Shown here: in pieces, positions 25,064 to 33,968 of the stretch
Layout: the number at the start of each line of letters is the position of its first letter
Position numbering within the stretch: position 1 is the stretch's first letter
Origin: Pyrinomonadaceae bacterium
Lineage (GTDB): Bacteria; Acidobacteriota; Blastocatellia; Pyrinomonadales; Pyrinomonadaceae
Reading direction: 5' to 3'
Assembly (NCBI GenBank): GCA_043772175.1
Contig: JAYVGL010000167.1
Coordinates: 1 to 50,487, forward strand
DNA: 50,487 nt
Notes under the pieces: generated by a model
Databases searched by the model: none
Told to the model about the DNA's origin: nothing
The model's input: only the letters and a program-made list of their open reading frames with translations
Program-made: the position numbers and the translations under genes

Positions 25064-25588
25064 TTAGATACCCGGCGAATTCCAAAGCCCTCTGACCAAT
25101 AAACCCAAAATATAAACGCTGACGGCAATCGAACCGACGAGAATTCCGACGAGCAGCAGAATCATCCCGCACACAAAAATATAATCGCCCGTCGTTCCCG
25201 CGCCTCTGCCCGTGCCGCGTTCCCGGATCAAATCCATATTCTGCTTGTTCGATTTCCAGAAAAAATCGAACGCATCGCCGACGAACGGAATCGAGCCGAC
25301 GACGTAATCAAGTCCGATATTAAACGCCATCCTGAGCAGAGTGATTTTCGGCACGCCGTAACGAACGCCCGCGATGAGAATGTAGAAAGACGCAAACGAA
25401 GTCAAAGTATCGCCGACGTTCGGAATCAACCCGATCACCGCATCCAGCCCGAATCGCCAGCCGACGACGGGAATTTTCACCCAATCGTCGAGGTATTTCG
25501 AGAGACTTTCCAGCCCGTCTTCGATCTCGATTTGCTTGCGCTCTTGCTTCGTCGTTCCAAAGACGCGGCGTTTTTGTATTTCTTCCAT
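25064..25588 (-). CDS. DUF4112 membrane protein
   Basis: LDDWVKIPVVGWRFGLDAVIGLIPNVGDTLT ... LDYVVGSIPFVGDAFDFFWKSN is typical of DUF4112. ATG 25588 is preferred over TTG 25603. Confidence 0.8.
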   Translation of the reverse strand: MEEIQKRRVFGTTKQERKQIEIEDGLESLSKYLDDWVKIPVVGWRFGLDAVIGLIPNVGDTLTSFASFYILIAGVRYGVPKITLLRMAFNIGLDYVVGSIPFVGDAFDFFWKSNKQNMDLIRERGTGRGAGTTGDYIFVCGMILLLVGILVGSIAVSVYILGLLVRGLWNSPGI

Positions 25589-25592
25589 AAGT

Positions 25593-25820
25593 TTACGCCG
25601 CAATTTTCAAGCCTTTGCCCTGATTGTGCAAAGCCACTATTTGATTTTTCCGTAAGGCAAACATCGCGTATGTCTGTCCTTCGTCATCGGAAAATTCAAT
25701 TTCAAAAACATCCGGCGCAAGAATTTCAACGACCGTGCCGACTTCGCCCTCTTTTAAATTACGCTCCGGTAGATCTTCTAACAAAGCCACCGTATCAAGC
25801 AGTTCAATTTTATTTTGCAT
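25593..25820 (-). CDS. DUF4926 protein
   Basis: LLDTVALLEDLPERNLKEGEVGTVVEILAPDVFEIEFSDDEGQTYA matches my recollection of the DUF4926 pattern. Confidence 0.7.
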   Translation of the reverse strand: MQNKIELLDTVALLEDLPERNLKEGEVGTVVEILAPDVFEIEFSDDEGQTYAMFALRKNQIVALHNQGKGLKIAA

Positions 25821-25845
25821 TTTATTTTCCTTCTTTCAAAACATA

Positions 25846-26166
25846 TCAAGTTGTCAATCGCGGAAAGTCTTCCATGTGCAGAACAATCCAACCGCTGCGA
25901 ACTTTTGCTTCACCAATTTCGGTTATTAAATGAAAGTCAACCGTATAGCGTTGTCCGAACAAATCAAGTTCATCTAATTCTGCTTCAGAGTCATTAATGA
26001 TTTTAAGCAAAATACCTTGCAGTTCTTCGGCGTTTTCAGCCTTTATTCCAAGCGCGGAAGCAAAGACTCGCGCTTTGTGACGACCTTTCGGGCTTTCAAA
26101 GTTTAGCGAATAATCACGCAGTTTCCGCAGATCAACAAAAGCATTTTCCGCATTCGGCAAAATCAT
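25846..26166 (-). CDS. DUF6883 protein
   Basis: VDLRKLRDYSLNFESPKGRHKARVFASALG resembles DUF6883. It is paired with DUF4926, as is often annotated. Confidence 0.6.
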   Translation of the reverse strand: MILPNAENAFVDLRKLRDYSLNFESPKGRHKARVFASALGIKAENAEELQGILLKIINDSEAELDELDLFGQRYTVDFHLITEIGEAKVRSGWIVLHMEDFPRLTT

Positions 26167-26167
26167 T

Positions 26168-28384
26168 TTATTTTCCTTTGCGACTTTTTAATTTCTCTGG
26201 CGGCGACTTTCCTTCGACGATTTTCACCGTCAAAATTACATCGCCGCGCACGAGATTATCTACGACTTTCATATCCGTTTCGTTCACGCGCCCGAAAACC
26301 GTGTAGCCGCCGTCGAGATGCGGCTGCGGCGAATGCGCGGCGAACCACTGCGAGCCGCCCGTGTCTTTGCCCGACAACGCCATTCCGACCGCGCCGCGTT
26401 CAAACGGCAGCATATTTATTTCACACCGAATAGAATAACCGGGCGAGCCGTTGCCGTCGCCGCGCGGGTCGCCGTCCTGCATCACGAAATTCGGCACGAC
26501 GCGGTGAATCGCCAAGCCGTTGAAATAATTCTTTTTCGCTAAATTGATAAAATTGTCAACCGTCAAAGGCGCGGCTTCCGGCGCGAATTCAATCGTGAAA
26601 ACTCCCTTTTCCGTCGTCAGAATCGCCCGCGCCGTTTGGCGCGAAACGGCGCGAACGTAATCGGCGTTCGTATTCAAAACCTGTCCGAGTTTCGTTTTCG
26701 TGTTCGGATTATAAACTTTCACCGTGCCGACTTTTTCTTCGGCGTTCGGAAAATCTTTCGCCAGATCGTTTTGCTCTATCAAATCGGCGGCGTGTCGGCG
26801 CACGAGATAATCGGGCGCGTCGAGCGCGAGTTTTAATGAAGATGCGGCTTGTATTTTGTCCGTTCTCACGAGCGCGGAAAGAATCGCCAGTTGCGCGTCG
26901 TTATAATATCTATCTTTTTCCAACGATTGCGCGAACGCGGTTTTTAATGTTTCGACGTTTTCTTTCGTCGCCGTTTGTTCGCCCAAAAGTTCGGCGGCAG
27001 TAGCACTAACAAAAATATCATTGTATTTTAATAAATCGCGCAAAATTTCCGATAAATCGTTCGTCTTGAAGCTGGCAAAAGCTCTTAATCTGTCGGGGAT
27101 AGCTTTTATGGCGATTTGGTCGGTCGCAAATTCAGATTTTTTGTCTGATTTTACTTGCTCTCGTAAAATGTTAGAGGCTTCGCCGCGCAAAGAATTATTT
27201 ACGTCCAAATTCGCAAACTCATTAAGTCCTTGTGCTTGTCCGCTGTAAAATTGCCAGCAAGACGGCGTAATCCTCGCGTAATTAACATCGCAAATATATT
27301 CCGGCACATCTATTTGCAGAAAATTTGAAGGGGAAATTTTAGCAATGGCGATATGAATTTCGGAAGAATTATAACTGTCTTTAATTCCGAACTTATTCAA
27401 AAACTTTAGTGTTTTTTCATCATCCGAATTTGGCAAAACTCTGCCCAAAGTCGAGGCAATTTCGAGTAATTCATTTTTATCAAAAGGCGCAACTGCATAA
27501 AATTCCTTTTTATACGCTTTCAGTAAATTTTCGCCGCGTTCAATCAACTTATCGGCGGCGCGTTTGTCCTTCAAACTGCCGAGCGAGCGAATCGCCGAGA
27601 CGCGGACGCGGGAATCTTCGTCGGTCAAAGCGGCTTCGAGCAGGGAGTCGAACGCTGAAACATCTTCCGCCGCGCCGAGAGCGCGGGCGACGTTGGCGCG
27701 AACGATTGCGTCGTCATCGGATAAAAGCATTGCGCGAAATTGTTCGTTCGCATTTTTAGCGCGAAGTCTCGATAAAGTGTTGGCGGCATCGGCGCGAATT
27801 CGCGGGTTCAAATAATTTAAGAATTTCGCCGCGACGAAATTGCCGTCTTCGGGTTTGACACGCAAAACGGCGGTTAAACCGAACAAAATTGCGTTCGTAT
27901 TCGGCTTTGAACGCCGCGAATCTTCGTATTCGAGCGCGTCCAAAATCGCTTCGCCCAACGCTTTTGATTTTTCATCTTGAGAGTTTGCCGCCGCGATTTT
28001 GCCTGCCGCTTCGATAGCGCGGGCGCGAAGTTCGCCGTCGTTTTTCGTCTCCGCCAGAATTTTCAGAATCGCGTCCGCGCCCTTGATTGATTCGATTTCG
28101 CCGAGCGCGAACGCCGCTATTGTGCGGACTTCACCGGACGAATCTTTTTCCAAAAGCGCAATCAACGATAAAATGGCACGTTCGTCGCCGATGCGTCCGG
28201 CGGCGAGCGCGGCGCGGATGCGAAATTTTTCATTCGTGCTTTTCAATAAATCTTCGAGCGTTTTATCAAATCTTCTTTCGTCTTCGGCTTTGACGATAAC
28301 AACTAAAGTCGCGGTCGGAATTTGCGCGAAAACGGCGAGCGACAAACAGAGAACGGCGAAACAGGCGGTTATAAATTTTTTCAT
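26168..28384 (-). CDS. exported HEAT-repeat protein fused to a cyclophilin-type peptidyl-prolyl isomerase
   Basis: Signal peptide MKKFITACFAVLCLSLAVFAQ. Repeated ...R..AA.ALG.. HEAT units. C-terminal PPIase motifs HRVVPNFVMQDGDP and GAVGMALSGKDTGGSQWF. Confidence 0.88.
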   Translation of the reverse strand: MKKFITACFAVLCLSLAVFAQIPTATLVVIVKAEDERRFDKTLEDLLKSTNEKFRIRAALAAGRIGDERAILSLIALLEKDSSGEVRTIAAFALGEIESIKGADAILKILAETKNDGELRARAIEAAGKIAAANSQDEKSKALGEAILDALEYEDSRRSKPNTNAILFGLTAVLRVKPEDGNFVAAKFLNYLNPRIRADAANTLSRLRAKNANEQFRAMLLSDDDAIVRANVARALGAAEDVSAFDSLLEAALTDEDSRVRVSAIRSLGSLKDKRAADKLIERGENLLKAYKKEFYAVAPFDKNELLEIASTLGRVLPNSDDEKTLKFLNKFGIKDSYNSSEIHIAIAKISPSNFLQIDVPEYICDVNYARITPSCWQFYSGQAQGLNEFANLDVNNSLRGEASNILREQVKSDKKSEFATDQIAIKAIPDRLRAFASFKTNDLSEILRDLLKYNDIFVSATAAELLGEQTATKENVETLKTAFAQSLEKDRYYNDAQLAILSALVRTDKIQAASSLKLALDAPDYLVRRHAADLIEQNDLAKDFPNAEEKVGTVKVYNPNTKTKLGQVLNTNADYVRAVSRQTARAILTTEKGVFTIEFAPEAAPLTVDNFINLAKKNYFNGLAIHRVVPNFVMQDGDPRGDGNGSPGYSIRCEINMLPFERGAVGMALSGKDTGGSQWFAAHSPQPHLDGGYTVFGRVNETDMKVVDNLVRGDVILTVKIVEGKSPPEKLKSRKGK

Positions 28385-28518
28385 TGTATTATGAATCCAG
28401 AGCGCACGAAGATTTTAACGAGTCGGGCGTTGAAAACCAAATCAGTCGGCAATATCAGAATACCGGCGATTTGGTTTATAATTAACCGACATTTCAAAAT
28501 CATCAACGAAAAATTCAA

Positions 28519-30324
28519 ATGCTGAAAAATTTATTAAAAATCGCGCTTCTTTTATCAATAAGTTTGCCGAACATCGTTTTCGCGCAGACGAAACAGAAAA
28601 TTTCTCTGCTGTTATTCAACGGCAAAGTTTTCACGGTGGACGCGCAATTTTCCATTACCGAAGCGGTCGCGGTTGACGGCGAACGAATCGTCGCGGTCGG
28701 GACGACGAAAGACTTGCAGTCGAAATATCAGGCGGCGCAAGAGATTGATTTAAAAGGCAAGCTCGTTACGCCCGGATTTAATGACGCGCACGTTCATTTT
28801 TTGCGCGGCGCGTTGTCGCTTTTGACGGTGAATTTGCTCGACGCGAAGACGATTGACGAAGCGAAACAGCGTGTTGCGGCGAAAGCCAAAGAAACCAAAG
28901 CGGGCGAATGGATTATCGGGCGCGGCTGGGATCATACGCTTTGGGGCGGAAAGTTTCCAAACAAAGCTGATTTGGATGTGGTTGCGCCGAATAATCCGGT
29001 TTATCTGATGCGCGTGGACGGGCATATCGGTTGGGTCAATTCCGCCGCGCTCAAACTGGCGAAGATTGATAAAGCGACGGCGAACACCGAAGGCGGCGAA
29101 ATCGAGCGCGATGCAAGCGGCGATGCGACGGGAATTTTGAAGGAAACGGCGCAGAGTTTGATCGGCGACTTGATTCCGCAACCGACGAAGGAACAGCAGA
29201 TTAAAGGTTTGGAACTCGCGCTGAAAATGGCGCGTGAATACGGCATCACGTCGGTTCAGGATAATTCCGGTTACGAGACGACGAAACTTTACCGTGACTT
29301 CTTAAATCAAAATAAATTAACCGTCCGCGTCGCCGAATGGCAGGATTTTGAAGATTCGATTGTCGAATTAAAACGCCAGCGCGAAGAATTCGCCCAGTTC
29401 AAAGACGACGCGAATCGTTTGAAATTAACCGCGCTGAAAGGTTACGTTGACGGCACGCTCGGTTCAAAAACCGCTTCGATGCTCGCGCCGTTCGCCGACG
29501 ACGATAAAAACGTCGGCATTATGCGCCATCCGCCGGAAGAATTGACCAGAATGATCGTCGAACGCGACGCGGCGGGATTTCAGATTGCGCTTCACGCGAT
29601 TGGCGACAAGGCGAATCGGATGGCTTTGGATGGATTTGAGGCAGCTAAAAAACCAATTAGAGTTGAAGGAAATCAGCAAAACTCACCAACTGCGCCAAAA
29701 GGTATCTTTACTGTTTATGACGGACAGCCGTTGAAAGCAGGAGAATTCACCTTTGGCGGAAAATCAGGATACGGACGTTCTTTAGAAAGTTATATAAATC
29801 CTAATCGCCATCGCATCGAACACGCCCAAGTCGTCAATCCGTCAGATTTCAAACGCTTCTCGGAACTCGGCATTATCGCTTCGATGCAGCCGACGCACGC
29901 GGTTTCGGATAAGCGTTGGGCGGAATCGCGGCTTGGCGAATATCGCGTTCTCGGTGCTTATGCGTGGCATTTGATGAAATCTTATAATGTTCACATTCCG
30001 TTCGGCACGGATTTTCCCGTCGAGGCGATTAACCCTTACGCGACGCTTTACGCCGCCGTTTCGCGCCAAGATGCGGAAGGGATGCCGGAAGGCGGATGGC
30101 AGCCACAGGAACGCCTTTCGATTCAGGACGCGCTGCGCTGTCATACTTACGAATCGGCTTACGTGGAATTTGCGGAAAATACCAAGGGCGAAATAAAAGC
30201 GGGAATGCTCGCCGATTTAGTCGTGCATTCCAAAGATTTGACGACGATTGCACACAAAGAAATACTAACGACCGCGCCGGTTTATACGATTTTTAACGGG
30301 CAGATTATTTACGAGAAAAAGTAA
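28519..30324 (+). CDS. exported amidohydrolase-family (YtcJ-like) metal-dependent hydrolase
   Basis: Signal peptide, then PGFNDAHVHF, HAIGD, RHRIEHAQ and FGTDFPVE. Confidence 0.88.
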   Translation: MLKNLLKIALLLSISLPNIVFAQTKQKISLLLFNGKVFTVDAQFSITEAVAVDGERIVAVGTTKDLQSKYQAAQEIDLKGKLVTPGFNDAHVHFLRGALSLLTVNLLDAKTIDEAKQRVAAKAKETKAGEWIIGRGWDHTLWGGKFPNKADLDVVAPNNPVYLMRVDGHIGWVNSAALKLAKIDKATANTEGGEIERDASGDATGILKETAQSLIGDLIPQPTKEQQIKGLELALKMAREYGITSVQDNSGYETTKLYRDFLNQNKLTVRVAEWQDFEDSIVELKRQREEFAQFKDDANRLKLTALKGYVDGTLGSKTASMLAPFADDDKNVGIMRHPPEELTRMIVERDAAGFQIALHAIGDKANRMALDGFEAAKKPIRVEGNQQNSPTAPKGIFTVYDGQPLKAGEFTFGGKSGYGRSLESYINPNRHRIEHAQVVNPSDFKRFSELGIIASMQPTHAVSDKRWAESRLGEYRVLGAYAWHLMKSYNVHIPFGTDFPVEAINPYATLYAAVSRQDAEGMPEGGWQPQERLSIQDALRCHTYESAYVEFAENTKGEIKAGMLADLVVHSKDLTTIAHKEILTTAPVYTIFNGQIIYEKK

Positions 30325-30342
30325 TGTTAGACCGGATTAGTT

Positions 30343-30492
30343 TTAGCTCCGTCAGGAGCGAAATGTTTGTAGAATTGGGTTTTGCAGAAAATTAAAGTTC
30401 CGCAGGAACGGCACAGATTTATGCCGTTCCTGCGGAACTCTTTCGGTTTCTCTATTCTGAATCTACAAGTATTTCGCTCCTGACGGAGCTAA
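30343..30492. repeat. 150-bp nested palindrome (outer 31-nt arms, inner 18-nt arms)
   Basis: Outer arms 30343-30373 and 30462-30492 (29/31). Inner arms AGTTCCGCAGGAACGGCA (30396-30413) and TGCCGTTCCTGCGGAACT (30422-30439) are perfect. It lies between convergent genes. Confidence 0.9.
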
Positions 30493-30514
30493 TTTAACTT
30501 TCAAGTTTCCAGAT

Positions 30515-31351
30515 TTAATTTGAAGAATTAACGCTCACGCCGCCGTTCGTCGTGACGATGCGGACGGTCGCGCCGCCGCCGTTGATGTCGCGGCTCAGAT
30601 TAACGCCGCGCTGCCAGTCTTTTTCATCGCGTTCGACTTTCAGCGCGGCGAAGTCGGTTCGATAGCCGCCGTTGACGGTTTTGGTTTCAAATCGCGCCGC
30701 GTAATTCTCCGGCATTTCAACCTTCACGCCGCCGTTCGTCGTTTCGACATCAAGCCCCGCACCTTTCCAGTTTGTGCCGTTTAATTCGACGTGCAAACCG
30801 CCGTTCGAGGTTCTGCCTTTGACATCGCCCGCCAGATCGCTCAGATTTACGCCGCCGTTTTTCGCTGTAAAGTTGATCGCGCCTTCGACGTTCGAGATCG
30901 AAATGCCGCCGTTGAGCGTCGTCAGATTCAAATTAGTATTGCGCGGCACGAGAATCTCGTAAGAAACCGAATAATTTTTCTCGTCATTTGCGCCCGTCGC
31001 CTGAATCGTGCCGCCGGTTTCGATGCGAACGCTTTTCGCTATCGAATTCGCTTCGGCTTCCGAGTTCGCCCACGCCTGAACGCAGGCGCGAACCAGCACG
31101 TCCGAACGATTTTCGCCCTTGATCGAAATGCCGCCGTTGCGCTTGCCGTCAACATTCACGTCGCCCGCCGCCACGGTCGTCTCACGCAGATTACTCGTCG
31201 AAACGCGGTCGCCGCTCAACCAATTGTTGGAACAAAAGGCGCGGTCGTATTTTTTATCTTTATCTTTTTCCTGCGCCGTCGCGCACGAAACCGTCACCAA
31301 AAGGAATGCCGAAACCAAAACGCCGAAACGTATTACATTTGTATTTATCAT
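30515..31351 (-). CDS. exported DUF4097-type beta-strand repeat protein
   Basis: Signal peptide, then repeated NGG(I/V)x(V/I) units: NGGISIKGE, NGGISISNV, NGGVNLSDL, NGGLHVEL, NGGVKVEMP, NGGVSVNSS. Confidence 0.8.
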   Translation of the reverse strand: MINTNVIRFGVLVSAFLLVTVSCATAQEKDKDKKYDRAFCSNNWLSGDRVSTSNLRETTVAAGDVNVDGKRNGGISIKGENRSDVLVRACVQAWANSEAEANSIAKSVRIETGGTIQATGANDEKNYSVSYEILVPRNTNLNLTTLNGGISISNVEGAINFTAKNGGVNLSDLAGDVKGRTSNGGLHVELNGTNWKGAGLDVETTNGGVKVEMPENYAARFETKTVNGGYRTDFAALKVERDEKDWQRGVNLSRDINGGGATVRIVTTNGGVSVNSSN

Positions 31352-31513
31352 CGCTTGAAACTCTCCCGAATTGTTTTTATTAAGTTGTCGCGTATTGCGC
31401 TTTCAAAGGTAAAACACCGCGAGTTTTCGTTTTGTGACAAAAAATTTTAATTGATGAAATCGGGCTTAATAATTTTAAATGAATTGCCATTAGCTTTAAC
31501 TAGCGGCAATTTA

Positions 31514-32254
31514 TCAGGAATAAAGATTCATCGGGCGCGTCAATAATGCAATCGGGTCTTCGACGTTCAGAGCCTCGCGCACGAAAAACGGTTCGCCCGC
31601 CGCGACTCCGATTAAACTGCCGAAATAGCGCGAACGATTTTCGAGTTCGTCAATAAATCCTTCGCTCGTCAGCCGCGTTTCCAATTCGTCCGCGCTCGCG
31701 TTCGGATTGTAAAACTGCGATTTATGAGCGCGAATCGCTTCGGTTTTCGCCGCGATAAATTCGGAGATATCTACGATAAACGACGGCGTAACGCGCTGTG
31801 AAAAAATGTTGTGCGCGACAATCGGCGCGGTAATTCGTGCCTGCCCGAAATCGCCGTCATATTTTTGCATCGAACACAAACGCGCCGCTTCCCGAACCAA
31901 CTGCACGATATGATTATGGTCGGGATGCGGATCGTCGGCTTGATGCGTCAAAAGGATTTTCGGCTTCAAACGACGCAAAACTCTGACTAATTCCGTGCGC
32001 GTTTCCTCGTTCACCCAAACGTGACCGTCGGGCAATTCGAGATTTTCGCGCACGTCGAGCTTCATAATCTGCGCGGCTTCGGCGGCTTCGGCGGCGCGAC
32101 CTTCGACCGTGCCGCGTGTTCCCATTTCGCCCTTTGTTATGTCCAACGCGCCGGTTTTATAACCCAAAGACTTCATCTTTAAAAGCGTGCCGCCGACGGT
32201 TAATTCAACATCGTCGGGATGTGCAAAAATCGCTAAAACGTCTATTTCATTCAT
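31514..32254 (-). CDS. bshB1: PIG-L/LmbE-family deacetylase, BshB1-like
   Basis: VLAIFAHPDDVELTVGGTLLK, DITKGEMGTRGT and HPDH. The subfamily call is from memory of BshB1 sequences. Confidence 0.75.
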   Translation of the reverse strand: MNEIDVLAIFAHPDDVELTVGGTLLKMKSLGYKTGALDITKGEMGTRGTVEGRAAEAAEAAQIMKLDVRENLELPDGHVWVNEETRTELVRVLRRLKPKILLTHQADDPHPDHNHIVQLVREAARLCSMQKYDGDFGQARITAPIVAHNIFSQRVTPSFIVDISEFIAAKTEAIRAHKSQFYNPNASADELETRLTSEGFIDELENRSRYFGSLIGVAAGEPFFVREALNVEDPIALLTRPMNLYS

Positions 32255-32276
32255 AGAAATTAATTTATCACAAAAA

Positions 32277-32345
32277 TTTTAACAGGATGGACAGGATAGG
32301 CAGGATTTTTTGAGCAGGAATTTCATCCTGTCCATCCTGTTAAAA
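32277..32345. repeat. hairpin element with CAGGAT-repeat arms (perfect 21-bp stem)
   Basis: TTTTAACAGGATGGACAGGAT (32277-32297) pairs with ATCCTGTCCATCCTGTTAAAA (32325-32345). It lies in a divergent promoter region. Confidence 0.9.
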
Positions 32346-32368
32346 TAATTCTTTGCTATTATTGGCTT

Positions 32369-33133
32369 ATGAAATTTATCGTGCTTGGTTCGGGAACTTC
32401 CGTTCCGCATTCGCAAAGAAGTTCATCCGGTTTTTGGCTGGAAACTGAAAGCGGTTCGATTCTGCTCGACTGTTCGGCTTCGGCGGTGCATCGGATGGCG
32501 CAGGAAAATCTCGATTGGGCGAACCTCGACGCGATTTGGATTTCGCACTTTCACCTCGATCACGTCGGCGGACTATTGCCGTTTTTGTTCGGCACGAAAT
32601 ACGCGCCCGAAACGCAAAGTCGAACGAAATCGCTGAAGATTTTCGGCGCGAAAGGTCTGCAAAGTTTGATTGAGAAATTCGACGCGGCAAACGACTATAA
32701 TTTATTGCGGCAGCCGTTCCCGCTGGAAATCGTCGAAGTCGAACCGCTCGAAAAGTTCCAGATTCTAGAAAACGTCGAAGCCGTCGCAATGGACACGCCG
32801 CACACGCCGGAAAGTCTGGCGATTCATATCGCAAGCGGCGATAAAAAATTGGTTTATTCGGCGGACACGGGCTATACGAAAACGCTCGCGGCATTCTCGA
32901 AAAACGTGGATTTGCTCGTTTTGGAATGTTCTTTCTACGAAAATAAGCCGGTCGAGACGCATCTCGATTTAAGTGAAGCGATGCGAATCGTGCGTTACGC
33001 CCAGCCGAAAAAAGCGATTTTTACGCATTTTTATCCCGAATGGGACGCGATTGATTTGGCATCGGAAGTCAACAAATTTTCGCCGCCCGGCGAAGTTTTT
33101 GAAGCGCGGGACGGCGAAAGATTTGAAATATAA
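32369..33133 (+). CDS. MBL-fold metallo-hydrolase (RNase Z/BN-like)
   Basis: HFHLDHVGG (HxHxDH) and the overall beta-lactamase-fold layout. Confidence 0.85.
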   Translation: MKFIVLGSGTSVPHSQRSSSGFWLETESGSILLDCSASAVHRMAQENLDWANLDAIWISHFHLDHVGGLLPFLFGTKYAPETQSRTKSLKIFGAKGLQSLIEKFDAANDYNLLRQPFPLEIVEVEPLEKFQILENVEAVAMDTPHTPESLAIHIASGDKKLVYSADTGYTKTLAAFSKNVDLLVLECSFYENKPVETHLDLSEAMRIVRYAQPKKAIFTHFYPEWDAIDLASEVNKFSPPGEVFEARDGERFEI

Positions 33134-33142
33134 ACGACTTTT

Positions 33143-33493
33143 TTACTGAATTGAAATCGTCATCGTGAAAGTCGTGGCGCGGCTGCCGTGATTATCAACG
33201 CTGATGTAAACGTCGCCGTCCGCTTCGACCTCCTGTGAATACTGCGTGTCGTGCAGTGCGCCCTGCGTAAAATCGACTTTGCCGTTCGTCGAACTGAGCG
33301 TTCCCGACAATTTTTGCCCCTGCGAGGCGCGAAGCATATAACCTCTCGTTGCGCCCGCCGCCAAGGTTCCTTTGATCGTCGCCGAATTGCGCCCGCGAGC
33401 AAAACGAATCCGCGTCTGCGCCAGCGAATCCGAAGCCGCCATCGTCAAAATCATCGCCAAGATCGTAATTTTTAATCCAATTTTCTTCAGCAT
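33143..33493 (-). CDS. small exported protein of unknown function
   Basis: Signal peptide MLKKIGLKITILAMILTMAASDSLAQ, followed by a beta-rich sequence. Confidence 0.7.
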   Translation of the reverse strand: MLKKIGLKITILAMILTMAASDSLAQTRIRFARGRNSATIKGTLAAGATRGYMLRASQGQKLSGTLSSTNGKVDFTQGALHDTQYSQEVEADGDVYISVDNHGSRATTFTMTISIQ

Positions 33494-33968
33494 AAACTTC
33501 TCCTCTAAAATGTATCGTTACTTAAAACTCGATTTTCCTCTCAAAAATTTCTATCAACCCGGTTCGATTGAAGAACCGAATTAAACGTCTTTACCGTTCC
33601 GATTCGATGCTGCTATCTGTCATCTGTTCGATTGCCGCACAGCGTCGGCGTTATTCGGGCATCAGACAAAAGACGGCTTGATCATTCGACTTTTGCGATC
33701 TGCGCCGCCTTCGGACGATTGCCTGGAACGAGGCGGCGACATTATTGCGATCTCCGACAAACGATTTGACCTTTGTGGAAGTTACGCAGTTGAAAAAAGC
33801 GGCAAGCGTCAAACAGGCGTTGAGCTTTTTCGATTGTTTGACCGCCGCGCTTATGGAAGTCGAGAAAACCGACTGACCGCCTGTTTGACGTTCAACTGCG
33901 TAACTCCTATGTTGCTTTTATGCCCCGCAGACTATAAATTAATAAACAAATAATAAGGGGGAAAGTTT

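Noticed and set aside
24655-25128. Three overlapping track ORFs (24655..25095 +, 24797..25051 +, 24787..25128 -) run through the 21-bp array.
   Set aside because: They are open only because a stop-free 21-nt unit is repeated in phase. They have no ribosome-binding site, they overlap each other and the 3' end of the DUF4112 gene, and they translate to monotonous repeats. I treat them as non-coding, with the caveat noted in the findings.
33678-33953. A 91-aa ORF lies in the long intergenic interval.
   Set aside because: It has no ribosome-binding site, its composition is unlike the neighbouring genes, and it is crossed by several strong stems. The interval is more likely non-coding RNA or leader sequence.
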